Made by a program: the position numbers and the translations under genes. The notes beneath the pieces were generated by a model, which was given only the letters and a program-made list of their open reading frames with translations, did no database searches and was not told the DNA's origin. This document shows, piece after piece, positions 10,090-23,651 of a stretch of 64,000 nucleotides of DNA. Each line of letters opens with the position of its first letter. The first letter of the stretch is position 1. Source of the stretch: Octopus vulgaris (lineage: Eukaryota); the NCBI GenBank assembly GCA_951406725.2, contig OX597821.1, forward strand, positions 38,750,001 to 38,814,000, read 5' to 3'.

Positions 10090-10800
10090 CAGGAACCCTG
10101 ATTCTGGACCCTTACTGAGGGCTGTTTTGTCCCAAAAGAAGACAACTCAGCAGAATTTAAACAGTTTCAAGAGATCTTTCTCTTAGACATTGAGGAAAAG
10201 ATCTTTTGGGCCATCATTGGCAAAATGCTAATATCATATCTGCTGGCCAATGAGTGCATCAATCTGAGAGTAAAAAGGGAAGCAGGGGTGTCAGGCCACT
10301 CTGGATGCTTCAAACATACACCAGCAGACAGTTACGTCACTGAGACAAAGCGGAAGAAGAGACTTTTTGTTGTATGGTTGTATCTTGCCAAACTGTACCC
10401 AAGCATGCCCAACCAGCTACTCCAAAGTGCATTCGAAACCTTATCAAGTCCCAACAGAAGTAGTCAGACTCCTAATGTCAGACATTGATTTGCTGGACAT
10501 GAAGTTCATTGTGGGGAATGTCACCTCTAAATGGCAGAAACTGGAAAAGGGCACTTTTGTAGGATGCACAATTTCTTTGGTCCTATTTGTGGTGGCCATG
10601 AATATAATGCTAGAATTAGTGGGGAAATAGTCAAGAGGTCCTTAAACTAATGAGAGTACATGGTATCTAGTTAGCTAGGCTTTCATGGATGTCATAATGG
10701 TCATGACACTGGCAACCAAAAGGGGCACAGCAGACACTGAGCTCACTGGAAATGATAACCATATATGGTCATATATGAAGTTTAATCCAGCAAAATTTGA
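10090..10800 (+). mobile_element. Decayed Hero-like (restriction-like endonuclease group) non-LTR retrotransposon RT fragment
   Basis: EGCFVPKEDNSAEFKQFQEIFLLDIEEKIFWAII, GVSGHSGCFKHT, VVWLYLA, WQKLEKGTFVGCTISLVLFVVAMN, AFMDV; matches the Hero-type RT pattern as I recall it. Confidence 0.78.
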
Positions 10801-11089
10801 TAATCCTTTTTCAACTTTCTCTTACAGTATTTCAGTCTTTACTCTGAATTAAATTTCTCATTTTTTATTTTGCTCAATTGTAGTAAACTTTGATAAAATT
10901 AAATGTAAAATTTTAATTCTTCATCAAAAAGGACATGGTTTTCTATTTTGTGTTTGAGCATGTTTCTTTTATTTAGTTTTTAAGGTGGAATGGCATTTTA
11001 TAGATTTTATGGAAATAGATATATTCATTTGTATACTTGTTTCTTCAGCAGTTTTAATATAGTAGTATGGGGTATGTGTTGTAACAGTC

Positions 11090-11357
11090 CATTGCTGCAT
11101 CCACCATTTGGTGATTCTCTTCAACCCTTGGCAGATAATATCTCTCTACCACTAAGACAAAAACCCTCCAACCCATGGGTTTTTTTGGGCAGTGAGAGTT
11201 TTATGAGGTTGGAGTACAAATCCTACCTCACTTTTTATGACATACAGAGAAATTTGAAATGAAGTGTTTTGCTCAAGAACACATGCCACTCTATCTGGGA
11301 ATTGAAACCATGGTCTAACAATTGTGAATACAACACCTTAACCACTAGGTTACATGC
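11090..11357 (-). mobile_element. Diverged tRNA-derived SINE
   Basis: Minus head ctagtggttaaggtgttg...ggtttcaattcccag at 11290-11350. Confidence 0.6.
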
Positions 11358-12231
11358 TTTCACCAGAATTATTTCAGGATTTTGTATATATTCTTACTTT
11401 TTACAAATTAAATTATAATACAGCAAGTACTTTTCCAGCTCAGTTTTACTTTTTGATTTCCTTTCTTTTTCTGTTGCTAGAACCAGGTTATAAAGACCAG
11501 TTTAAATCTAAGAAGTTTCTAGATTACTCTCAAGTTCACATGGGTTATCGGCTGTAATTATATATTTTCTTAAGCAACAGGGAAAAGCACCAATGAATCA
11601 TATGCCAATAATATATCAGATATATAATTAATAGAAAGATCTATTGATTACTCACACAGTTATGGCTTCAATATTACAACAGACCAGCAAAAGAAGGCAT
11701 TTCCTCTGTTCTCTTAGAAATCTCTACTAAATTAAATTGTTATCATCATACATAGAAAGCAATATTTTTAAAATTTTCACCTCAGTTTATTATTTCAAAA
11801 GCTTATTTTTACTGTTCACTTCATAAAAGGTCAGGTTACTACTTTCAATAAACCAGGTTTCAAATAATTTTAATTTCATATCAGCATAAAATTTTCTAAT
11901 ACTTATTATACTCCAAGACTGTTGGGTTGGTAAAGTGTGTATTGAAATTGTCATAATGAAATAACATTAAAATTGCTTTACTGGATTAAATCAGAGAAAT
12001 TTTATGAAAATACAGGTTACTATGTCAAAAAGTTATTTTTATTTATAAACTTTATTAATCTCATTAAAGGTTAATAAAAGGTGCCAGAGCATTTATAAAA
12101 AGGAGCGTAGGATACCAAGTAAAAGCATTGTTTCAGATTTTGATAAGTCAAATAAAAAAAACTTTTATAAACTAATAACATGCTGTGAATATGTCTGTGT
12201 TTTTGAATATTGGTATCTGAGATGAGCTGGC

Positions 12232-12464
12232 AAGGTGGCGAGCTGACAGAAACATTAGCACACTGGGAAAAATGCTTTGCAGTATTTTGTCTGCCACTAC
12301 GTTCTGAGTTCAAATTCTGCCAAGGTCAATTTTGCCTTTCATCCTTTTGGGGTCGATTAAATAAGTACCAGTTATGCACTGGAGTAGATATAATCGACCT
12401 AATCCGTTTGTCTGTCCTTGTCTGTCCCCTCTGTGTTTAGCCCCTTGTGGGAAGTAAAGAAATA
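12232..12464 (+). mobile_element. SINE, Meta-domain-like family (long-tail subtype)
   Basis: gcctttcatccttttggggtcgattaaataagtaccag core; perfect 15-bp TSD ggtatctgagatgag (12212-12226, 12465-12479). Confidence 0.92.
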
Positions 12465-13669
12465 GGTATCTGAGATGAGAACTATGTAAAGGAGTAAATT
12501 TGCCTACATTTTGAAATATGACGAGATAAAACAAGACAATTTTTACCTGCAATCTTTAGCGGCAACGATTTCTGTTTGATGCATTTCTCCATACAATAGT
12601 AACCACTTAGACTAGAGTGGTCATGTAAAATCTTCCAACTTTCTACTGCATCAGGTTTAACTATATCTGGTTTTCAAGGAGGAGACATTATAATGGAATA
12701 AGATATTTGCAAATTCTTAAGAAGGAAACCAACAGGAAGTTGTATCAATTGGAACAACAACAACAATGGCAAATTAAATAATGTATCTCTTTGCCTCTTG
12801 ACTTCATTCATTAGTAAAATGGAAATCACACATGACCTAAGTTATTAAACTATATTCTTACAACAAATTTGGATAATTTGGGCAAGAATGGTTTTCATTA
12901 TCTTTTTTCTATGGTTTTAAATATTTAACTAAATTAACAATGAACAGTGGAAACTGGAGGAACACTAGCTTCTGCAGTTTGATGGAAAAGAAAGAAAATT
13001 TTGTGTCAAAACAGTTGTAACATACCGTGGTTGTCTTGTGATAGAAATGTTAAAAGCAGTGCATGGCTAAATAAGAATCTTTGTCTCAGGCCTGACTAAA
13101 GCATAAAGTTAGTTTAGATATGTGAAGTAGTTCCTAAATCTCTGCTTGGTCAACCTCCATAACAACTGCACTGCTTTAGGAAAATTGATCAAGCCTCTAT
13201 GGAAGCATGAAGAGGTTACATGGTAAACAATTCTATGAAGAATTAAGTGAACTATGGTACAAAGATGAATCAACTTTTGATTTATGATATAAAGTAATTC
13301 CACTGTGGCACGCAGGGTTGAAATTAAATTAAAATATCAATTGATATTAAAGACATGACATTAAACGAGAAGCAGAGATTTTAATCAAATACTTTAATTA
13401 GACACTGAATATATAACTATTTCTGGGATACAGCTGCCTTGTGTTGTTGATGTTAAGCCTCAAGTTCTATTGATCAACATGGACTACACTTAAAGATATT
13501 ACGTCTGTAATGATCCTATCTTTTGGGGAGTATACCTACAACTAACTACATTATCTTAGATAGTGGGGTATGATTTGGAAGTGATTTAGCTGCTATTTCT
13601 AGCAGATCGAGAGACCACATAGAGTCTCCTTTGTTGGCTTATTGTCTCTGTGAGTTTTCTTAACATAGA

Positions 13670-13860
13670 TACTGAAGCTGGCACCACAGAAAAGCACGCA
13701 GTACACTCTGTAAAGTGGTTGGTTTTAGTAAGAGCATCCAGCTGTAGAAGCCAAGCCAAAACAGACAATGGAAACCATGGTGGCCCTTGGCCTTGCCAGC
13801 TGCTATCAGGTCAGCCAACTCATGCCAGCAAGGAAAACAGACGTTAAACGATGATGATGA
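13670..13860 (+). mobile_element. RTE 3' tail fragment
   Basis: agtacactctgtaaagtggttgg...gcatccagctgtagaa...gacgttaaacgatgatgatga. Confidence 0.82.
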
Positions 13861-14289
13861 ATTAGGAAGGTTTTTCATTTAAATTCTAAAATGCAACACA
13901 CTTTGGTCTTTCTTCATTTTATAACTGCAATTTTCTAAAATAATTCATTATTTTTACATCTACTCTTGCCTGTATTGGACAAATATGTCATTTGAAGCAT
14001 TGTTTTGCTACTGAATTCCCTTCCTGAAAATTAACCCTTACCTGTTTTTCATGTAAAGGATCTAATTCTATGCAACTTTGAAGTAACTGAATGATTTGTT
14101 GACAGGAGAATTCACTACAACAACCCTGCCTATCTTAAGTTTGTGCAAGGAACCACACTCAGACACAACTGCTCTCACACATATACTCACACACCGACAC
14201 ATACAAGCATACACACACACTTACTCATACACACACACATGCACACACTCACATATGCACAATCATATGCATACATGTACACATACAGC

Positions 14290-14672
14290 AGTCTTTGAGT
14301 TTTTTGCCAACAAAATTCACTCAGAATGGTTTGGTCCTGGGACTAGAGTAGAAAACACTTGCTCAAGGTGCTGCACAGAGGGACTGAACCTGAATCTATG
14401 TGGCTAGAAAGTAAACCTCTCAACCACACAGCCATGCCTGTGCCTAATGTGTCTAAATGATTGTAAATATTAGTTTGAAATTTTAGTACAAGGCCAGCAA
14501 TTTTGTGGGAGGGAGTAAGGTTGACTAGATCAACCCCAGAGCTCAACTGGTACTTTATTTATCGACCATGAAAGTAAACTTCAGCAGCATTTCAATTCAG
14601 AATGCAAAGTTAGAAGAAATGCTGCTCGGTATTTTGTCCGGTATGGTACCAATTCCACCAGATTGTCGCCTT
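14290..14672 (-). mobile_element. CORE-like SINE head (14290-14443) plus Meta-like SINE (14473-14672)
   Basis: Consensus matches; the second copy is flanked by aatgattgtaaatatta / aatgattataaatatta. Confidence 0.8.
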
Positions 14673-15072
14673 TCAATGATTATAAATATTAATAAACATT
14701 TTCTTATCTACTTCTTATCGTCTCAAAACAAAAGACTTTCCTGAAACTATTATTGCTTCTATTAACTTGATTTGAAAGAATACTGCTGGAATTAATGATA
14801 AAATGATTTGTAGATTATAAATTCACAAGAGATCAAAATGATTGCAGCACACATAGCATCTATTTACTAAGAAACTATAAGATACATATTAAATACCAAT
14901 TAATTATATAGAATTTTAATTAGTCATCATCATCACCATCATCATGTTGTTATGCCTGCTTTCATAAGTTAGCACAAACTAGGCACATTAGTAATTCAAC
15001 ATTATACAAATTTGAGGAGGATCGGGAATTGTGATCCAGCTTAATGTGTCATTTTATTGTAAACTATTTATT

Positions 15073-15242
15073 CACACACACACACACACACATGCACACA
15101 CACACACAAACACACACATGCACACACACACATACACACATGCACACACACACACACACACACATGCACACACACACGCACACTGGCATGCATGCACACA
15201 CACACACACTCATGCACACACTGGCATGCATGCACACACACA
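15073..15242. repeat. (CA)n microsatellite with catg interruptions
   Basis: Direct; explains the His/Thr ORFs at 15031 and 15044. Confidence 0.95.
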
Positions 15243-15278
15243 TGGGGATATGTATTGTATTACGATTTTAAGAGTGTG

Positions 15279-15484
15279 AAGTGGTGATCTGGCAGAATCG
15301 TTAGCACATCAGACAAAATGCTTTGCGGCATTTCATCTGTCTTTATGTTCTGAGTTCAAATTCTGCTGAGGTTGATTTTACCTTTCAGGGTTGATAAAAA
15401 AGTACTCATTGAGCAATGGGGTCAAAGTAATAGACTAGTCCCCTCCCCCGAAATTTCTGGCCTTGTGCCAAAATTTGAAGCCAT
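15279..15484 (+). mobile_element. SINE, Meta-domain-like family
   Basis: gatctggcagaatcgttagca...ttctgagttcaaattctg...ggccttgtgccaaaatttgaa. Confidence 0.85.
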
Positions 15485-16345
15485 TTTTAAGAATTTTAAA
15501 ACCTTTTTATTAATTTTACAATTTCCTCTCTTGCTTCTATTTGTCATCTTTTCTCCCATAAGAACAAACTGAATAGAGTTATAAACCATTGGGGTGCATA
15601 TATATTTCATCAATTAATTTATGAAATAAAATACAATATTCAGACACTCTGAAGGCCTTGTCGATATAGCGTCAGATTTCTGGCCAAAATACAGAGGGTT
15701 GTAATATGTCAGCAATTCATTTGTAGTACAACGATAGATGTTTGTGTTGCTAAGTTTGTGCTGCCATGTCCTTGGCCAAACACTTGGTTCTTAGTGGTCC
15801 AGCTCACTTAGACATCTCTATGCAGTTGTTTATTACTTGATAGTTTAAGATGGAGCAGCATGTGATCTGTTTCCTTGTAACACAATTTCTCCTATGGGGC
15901 TGCTGAAATTAGAATTTGCTTCTATATTGATGCATTTACAGAGAAACAAGAAGTCATTTAAAGCTTAATCATTATTATTTTTAAATCGTAGTTGTGCTTC
16001 CAAAAATGAGTTAATAATTCCTTTTCTGTGTAATCTCTAAGCTTCACTTGATGACAAAAAAATCTTCAGAACAATTATTCCTATCACTAAGAATTTCTTT
16101 TTCACCAAATACATTTTTGATTGCTGTCAGTTTATATCAAACTTACAGAATTTGATTTTGATATTTTAATGTTTTGACTTTAGTCACCAGAAGAAGGACA
16201 CCACTAAAACCTTTCTCAGGTCCTCCATGATTAGTTGAAGGATGCTGTTCTGATACTGGAGGAGGTGATAAACTGGGGGATAAAACAGTGGATTCTGCTG
16301 AAGGTATCCAAGGGATTGGGAGTGATGTTAAATTAAATGATGAAT

Positions 16346-16652
16346 GACACATAGCAATCAAAAAGTAATCGCAGCATGGAAGGTGTTTATAAGCCATTTA
16401 AGAAACACACAAAAACCATTAGATTCACTTCAACATTTAAATTTAAATGTTCACTGACAAAATTCCATGCTGCAGCATGGAACAGGTCATGGTCTCAAAA
16501 CGACGAAAATATTTTGGCAAATTAAATTTAAATGTTGAAGTTAATCTAATAGTTTTTGTGTTTCTTAAATGGCTTATAAACACCTTCCATGCTGCAATTG
16601 TTTTCGTTCCAGCACAGGATCTCAGATCAGGTCACTTGCTATGCATGTACAT
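16346..16652. mobile_element. Foldback/MITE-like palindromic element
   Basis: 16371-16446 is the near-perfect reverse complement of 16522-16595; perfect 20-bp central palindrome ttccatgctgcagcatggaa at 16463-16482. Confidence 0.85.
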
Positions 16653-16939
16653 GTCCGTAAATCAAAAAGTAACAAATATTTAAACTAACTGAATCATGAA
16701 AATTGTTTCAGAGGAAGCATATATATAACTTAATGGTTCCAAACTGTGGAATTCATTGAGAATGACCTTTACAAAATCTTGGCCTGTCAAAAAGAAACTA
16801 AGAACCCTTTTTTAATTGATTCTGAAATAATAGAGACCTAATGACTTCTTTTACATATTGCCATGCAGTCTTGTAAAATCACTCATATTTGGCAAATGGA
16901 ACCGTGACTGTACAATATTAATATTTCATTATCATCTAC

Positions 16940-17150
16940 AGCTGCAAGCTGGCAGACTTATTAGCATGCAGGGCAAAATACTTAGTGGCTCCGCATCTTT
17001 ATGTTCTGAGTTCAAATTCCATTAAGGCTAACTTTGCCTTTTATCCTTTCAAGATCAATAAAAAAAGTACCAGTTGCCTTATGGGATTGAAGTAATTGCC
17101 TTTCACCCTCCCCCAAACTTGCTGGCCTTGTGCTAAATTTTGAAACCAAT
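16940..17150 (+). mobile_element. SINE, Meta-domain-like family
   Basis: Consensus match, followed by a more decayed copy to ~17360. Confidence 0.8.
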
Positions 17151-17418
17151 GTTTATAATCATCTGACGGGGTGATTGATAAAATTGTTACTGCATTGAAC
17201 CAGGTACCTTGCAGTTATTCTTCTGTTTCTGTAGGGTCTGAATTGAAGTCTAGCCAAAGTCTACTTTGCCTTCCAGTCTTTCATGGATGATTAAAGTACC
17301 AATCAAGTACTGGGGCCAACTTAATTGACTGTCCTTTCTCCCATTGGGTCTGTTAGAAACAATATGTTGTTGTCCTTATCTTTTAAAATAACAGACATTT
17401 TTCCCCCATAATAGTTCC

Positions 17419-17713
17419 CATGGCTCAGTGGTTAGAGTGTCAGACTCACAATCATGAGGTAATGAGTTCGATTCCCAGACACTTTATTTCATGTTGCTCC
17501 AATTCATTCAGCCATAGAAATAGGTTGCAACATCACTGGTGCCAAGCTGTATCAGCCTTTGCCTTTCCCTTGGATTACATCAGAGGTGTGTGTGTGCTGG
17601 TATGCATGGCAACTGCTGGTCTCCCATAAACAAGCTTGCCTGGACTTATGCCTTGGAAGGGAACTTTCTAGGTGCAATCCCATGGTCGTTCATGACCAAA
17701 GGGGGTCTTTACC
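17419..17713 (+). mobile_element. tRNA-derived SINE
   Basis: A box tggctcagtgg and B box gagttcgattccc, followed by a non-tRNA body. Confidence 0.75.
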
Positions 17714-19346
17714 ATTTTTACCCATTAAAGAATTCATCATATTTAGGGCACAATAAGATCAATTTTACATATTTTAATTGCTCATCTCTCTGTACTAAGT
17801 ACATCAACATAGTTATTTCCCCTTCTTTATAAAAAAACTTCTCAGTGATTGCAGAAATTTGAAAGTGGAAATGCTAATATATGGCTTTTTCCTGACCAAA
17901 AGTCATAAAGTTTGATGATGAAAGCAGATGAAATAAATTATAAAATAGGAGAAAGAGCAACTGGAAAGTTCACTGATAATACTCAGAATAAAACATTGGT
18001 AGAATTAACACAAAATTTACTGTGTAAAAACCAATTTCTTCATCTTATGTAATATATGATCGTTAAACAAGGCAAGTGAAGTGCTGAAAATAAGAATGAA
18101 GATGTCTGCCTGTGTTTCGTGCAGTAATATTTTCTGTCCTTGAACAAAAAACATTCTATTTGAATAAAAAATAAAAACGTTTGCATTTTATGGAAGATTT
18201 GAAAAAAAAATTGAATAAAAGATTGACTTTATCTAAGCATGCAGAAATAAGGAAAAGAGGAAAGTGCATTTGTATTATGTATAAAAAAAACTGGTGTGTG
18301 TGTGTGCGACTGTCGGTATATAAGTCTGTCAATGTGTGTGTAAGAGAGTGAATGTTTCCATGAGTGAAGAGATGTATAACTATTCATGTATGTGAATGTG
18401 TGTTACAATTTATGTAAGTGTGCTAGATTACAGGAAAACATCCTGCATATGCAAGACTTAGGCATGAGATTGTGACAATCTTACTAATACACTCATATAA
18501 ATATATACACTTACACACACACGCACAAACACCCACAAAGTTATATATGTGTATGTATGTATATACATATATATATAATAAATACAGACATGTGCACACA
18601 TACATTTGTATATGTGTGTGTGTGTGAGTGTATGTATGCATGTATGTAAGTATATATACACACATTCACACACACACGCATGTGCACATGTTTCAAGTTA
18701 AAAGTACAAATACTTAACTCTTGCATGTTTCTCCAACAAATAAAAGAGAAAAAAAAATATTATCTGACTTGCAGCTAACTTCATTTTTCTTAATCATTTT
18801 TATTTCTTATTCCAAAATTTATATCTTCTCTCCAAAAACTCTAGATACATTAAAAAATAACGCCACCCCAAAATGTACCATTTTAACATTTGCTAAATCC
18901 TCCCCCCCCCCCACCTCCTCCCTGCTGCTCTTACTTCTAATCTTAGTTGATGTGACTTAGAATTCTTCAACAAAAGTGATGTAATATTTTCCTGCTTTAA
19001 CATCTTTTAATAGTGTTGTCCTCCTTTAATGGAAAAATGAAAAATCCAACAAAAAAGTCAAATCCGTCCAGAATTTAGTCTTTGAGCTTAATCTTCTCAT
19101 AACTTAAAAACCGTTTCATTTTCTATGATTATAGTTTAGATTTCATTGTGTTTTTACTTCAATTTATTCTATTTTATTGGGATGGCGGATTCTTCTGAAC
19201 CTGTTTTTAATAAAGTAAAAATACAGCAAATCAACTTTGTATCAAAATGATTATTTCTTTCTAATTCATTGTTTTTATTCACTTACAATGCACGCAGATA
19301 GGCACATCAACTTTCATTGACTAATATGTGTATGCATGCATATGCA

Positions 19347-19381
<35 letters not shown>

Positions 19382-21262
19382 ATATGTATATATATATGTG
19401 TGTGTGTGTAACTATAGCAAAATACTCACATACTCAAAGATATTTTTCGTTACATACATTTGCATATACGAACAAAAATATTTCTATTTATTAATGCACT
19501 CTTGCAAACACACATAAACTTTTATGTTTTAGAATTATATGCACATATGAATACAACACACATGTATATTCTCTTACACATGCACTTACATATATACGCA
19601 TGCCTACATTCATACACTCTTGCATACACATGTAAAAACATATTCCATGCATATATTCATTCATGCACACATCCACATACACCAGTAGAAGCATCCCTAT
19701 ACCGTACATACATACCTATGTGCCTACAGTTGCAGCGTAAGAGGAATATTTTTGTTATTATTCATAATATGTACATAGTGAAAGATACCCAGTCTGACAG
19801 AGGAAGCGTAATAATGTTTATAGCTTGAGGATGGCTCTTTATAATTTAGAGACACCAGCCTTTTGATCTTGTGTCTAGTGTCTGCTTGAGGAGCCAGAAA
19901 AGCCCAATAACTTGAAGGAACTGAACTTGTATTGTATGGAAGAAAGTAGTATGCAGGGATTGTATCCTGTGAAGCTGAAAGTAGACAATAGGCTGACAAA
20001 AGATGCTATGGGATCTCTCTAACACTTTGACTGCATCACAAAGTCAAGTTACATTAGAAATTCTTGAATAGATAAGAGAATCAGCAGCTATAATCTTTAG
20101 ACTAGTACATCATGATAGAAATGGTGTGTGTGTGTGTGTGTGTGTATGAGAGCTGAAGTGAGAGATAATCAGACCATAATGGTTAGGGTGTAGTAAGTTC
20201 AGAGAATTCTTATCACTGTTTACAACAAAGGGGTTTTTAGTTTGTGTTTTCTATATACTTATGAAATTTCTTTTTGAATTGCAGAATATGTTGTTTGTGG
20301 TAGCAACTTCTAGACTAACTGATCTTATAAGTGTGCTTTCATACTTTCTTCTTTCTTTTCTGTTTTTTTCTTTCGTTTCCTTTTTTTTTTTTTTTTTTGG
20401 CTTCCTTTCTATTAACATCAATAGTTCCTTTGAGAAAGGCATGTCTGATTCAAATTGACACATGCCTAAAAGTTTAAAGATTATACCAAAGAAAAAAAAA
20501 TTGCTATTATTATTACTTTTGCAAGTGTGGTAGAATGTGCAATTAATAAAAGTGCCGCCCACAATAACATTTTTCTCTCTTTTGTTGAATTGCATTATAT
20601 TTTAAGTTCAAATCCTACAAATTTCACTTACCATTCCATTCTTCCAGACGTCAATAATCACCAGTCAAGGGCATACTTTCTCAAACTCTGGCTTTACTCC
20701 TGAACTTAGCCATCCATACTTAGCTTCTCGTCTGGTATTTTCAGTCAACATCTGACAATAGATGTATCAAAAGACTCTCATCAATTCCTCCCTTTACTTC
20801 CTCAAGAACTTCCTTTATTCATTTGATTCTTCTCTTACAAAATTTGATGGTTGATACTGCTTTTGAGTTTATGGCAATAACAATATTTATGCCATTGCGT
20901 TTGGATTTTAATATCCTCTTTACTCACTGGAAACATTCTCTCTTGATTTCTGCCTCTCATCATTCCATCCGTTATACCATCGGCCTTTAAATCTTCTAGA
21001 TATTTATATCCACATCTCTGTCAATTCCTTTTATCTTTTCTTCATTTTGTAGATTTATTCAATCACTTTTACTCTACCAAGTACTTTTTTTATCAAAAGA
21101 CCCCATGCTCAGAAATCCCTGATCCCATTGTCATGTCATTCCTAAACACTCTTACTAAACTGACAAAAGCATCCAATTCTCTCTCAATACAAGTTTAGGT
21201 CATCTATGAATAAGCAGTGGTTAACTATTTCCTAGTTTCTTCTTAAACTCTAAAGACAGAGA

Positions 21263-21677
21263 TACTCTTTACTCTTTTACTCTTTTACTTGTTTCAGTCA
21301 TTTGACTGCGGCCATGCTGGAGCACCACCTTTAATCGAGCAACTCGACACCGGGACTTATTCTTTTGTAAGCCCAGTACTTATTCTATCGGTCTCTTTTG
21401 CCGAACCGCTAAGTAACGGGGACATAAACACACCAGCATCGGTTGTCAAGCAATGCTAGGGGGACAAACACAGACACACAAACATACACGCACATACATA
21501 AATATACATATATACGACGGGCTTCTTTCAGTTTCCGTCTACCAAATCCACTCACAAGGCTTTAGTCAGCCCGAGGCTATAGTAGAAGACACTTGCCCAA
21601 GGTGCCACGCAGTGGGAATGAACCCGGAACCATGTGGTTGGTAAACAAGCTACTTACCACACAGCCACTCCTGCGCC
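21263..21677 (-). mobile_element. tRNA-derived SINE with CORE-like segment, full-length young copy
   Basis: Minus head ggcgcaggagtggctgtgtggtaag, tail of taaaagag repeats, CpGs retained. Confidence 0.93.
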
Positions 21678-22091
21678 TGTAGAAGATGTAGAAGAGCAAT
21701 GACAAAGAATAACGGTGATAGGCAATCATGTTGGAAAATGCTCTGATCTATTTTAACCTATCCAAGTCTATCTCCTCTTGTAGTAGGTTGTATTTCATAA
21801 CTTCCCGTTCCTATCAATTATCTTCATTGAGAGTCTCCAAAACCAAACAGTAAGGGACCATATCATTTGCTCTCTAGCAATAGATCTATCTTATTGTCCA
21901 ATTAGTTTGTCATTTTTAATAATTTCTTATCATAACTGTGTTAACAGCTGGCTTTTCATCCGTCCTGAATTTCTCTAACACCATTTCTATTCATTAGGAA
22001 ATAAGATCTGTTCTTTCTTGTGTGCATACATCTTATCCACAAGCAAATTCGTTTACAATTTCCATTGTAATAATAAACAAGTTATTGATCT

Positions 22092-23651
22092 TTAGTGTGA
22101 GACTTTTGGTGAGGGTTGGCAACGAATATAGTGAAGAATTCTGGGTAGAGGTTGGGGTTCACCAAAGATCAGTCCTCATCCCCCTCTTATTCATCATAGT
22201 CCTCCTGGCAATAACAGAGGGATTCAAGACATGATGCCCTGAGAGCTTCTCTATGCTGATGATCTTGCTCTAATTGCTGAGTCACTACCAGAACTAGAAA
22301 AATTTTATGTGTGGAAGGGAAGCAAGGTGTTGAATCAACGGGCCTTCGAGTCAATCTAGCAAAAAACAAAGTCCTATTAAGTACGAAGGCAGACAAATCC
22401 CTTCGGGTAGATGGCCCTGCTCGATCTGTAGAAAAGGCATGGGTAGAAACTCCACAAGATGTACACAGTGTAAGCTATGGACACATAAGAAGAGCAGCAA
22501 TATCAAAGTAAGGCTAAATGGGAAGATAGTTTTTGTGTGTCACAAATACTCGGGGGCAATAAACCCTGAAAATGTACAGAAAACAGCTTCTGTCACTTGC
22601 CAGAGGGAAAAACTAGAAGTAGTTGATGGCTTCCGCTACCTATGTGACCAAGTCAGTAGTGGGGGTTGATGTTTTAAGAGTAGGGCTGCTACAATAAGAA
22701 CAGCTTGGGCAAAGTTCAGAGAACTCCTACCTCTGTTGGTAACAAGGGGCCTCTTGCTCAGAGTGAAAGGTAGATTGTATGATGTATGTGTGCGAACAAG
22801 CATACTACATGGCAGTGAAACGTGGGCTGTGATTGCTGAGGACATGTGTAAGCTTGCAAGTATGCTTTGCTGGATATGCAATAACAGTGTGCATACATGA
22901 AAAAGTTTAAGCACCCTGAGAGAAAAATTGGACATAAGAAGCATCAGATGTGGTGTGCAAGAGAGATGACTGCACTGGTATGGTCATATGTTGAATTCTG
23001 GATGAGGGTAGCTGGGTGAAAAAGTGTCACACCCTAGCAGTAGAGGGAACCTGTGGAAGAGATAGGCCTAGGAAGATCTGGGACGAGGTGGTGAAACACC
23101 ACCTTCAAACGTTGGGTCTCATGAGCGTGGCCTATGCCAGCGTTGCATAACCAGCCCATTTAAGAGTACCCTTCAATCATTGCGCAATAAATTGTGCTTG
23201 AGAAAACCAGTTGAGTCAAGTGAAATCATTGTTGTGGCTGATGCCAGGTACCGCCTGATTGGCTCTTGTGCTGGTGGCATATAAAAAGTACTATTTGACC
23301 ATGGTTATTGCCAGTGCCACCTGACTGGTTCCCATGCCAGTGGCATGTAAAAAGCACCATTTAAGCGCGGTTGTTGCCAATGCCGCCTGACTGGCTCTCA
23401 TGCTGGTGGCATGTAAAAAGCATTATTCAAGCATGGTCGATGCTAGTACTACCTGACTGGCCCTCATGCCAGTGGGATGTAAAAAGCACCCACTACATGC
23501 TTGGAGTGGTTGGCATTAGTAAGGGCATCCAGCTGTAGAAACCTTGCCAGTTCAGATTGGAGCCTGGTACAGCCTTCTGGCTTGCCAGCCCTCAGTCAAA
23601 CCATTCAACCTATGCCAGCAGGGAAAGCGGATGTTAAATGGTGATGATGAT
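22092..23651 (+). mobile_element. 5'-truncated RTE LINE: RT, Cys-rich insert, 3' UTR array, (ATG)n tail
   Basis: VRVGNEYSEEFWVEVGVHQRSVLIPLLFIIVL, LLYADDLAL, FRYLCDQVSSGG, LHGSETWAV, HWYGH; ~66-nt repeats at 23240-23490; tail ggatgttaaatggtgatgatga. Confidence 0.93.
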
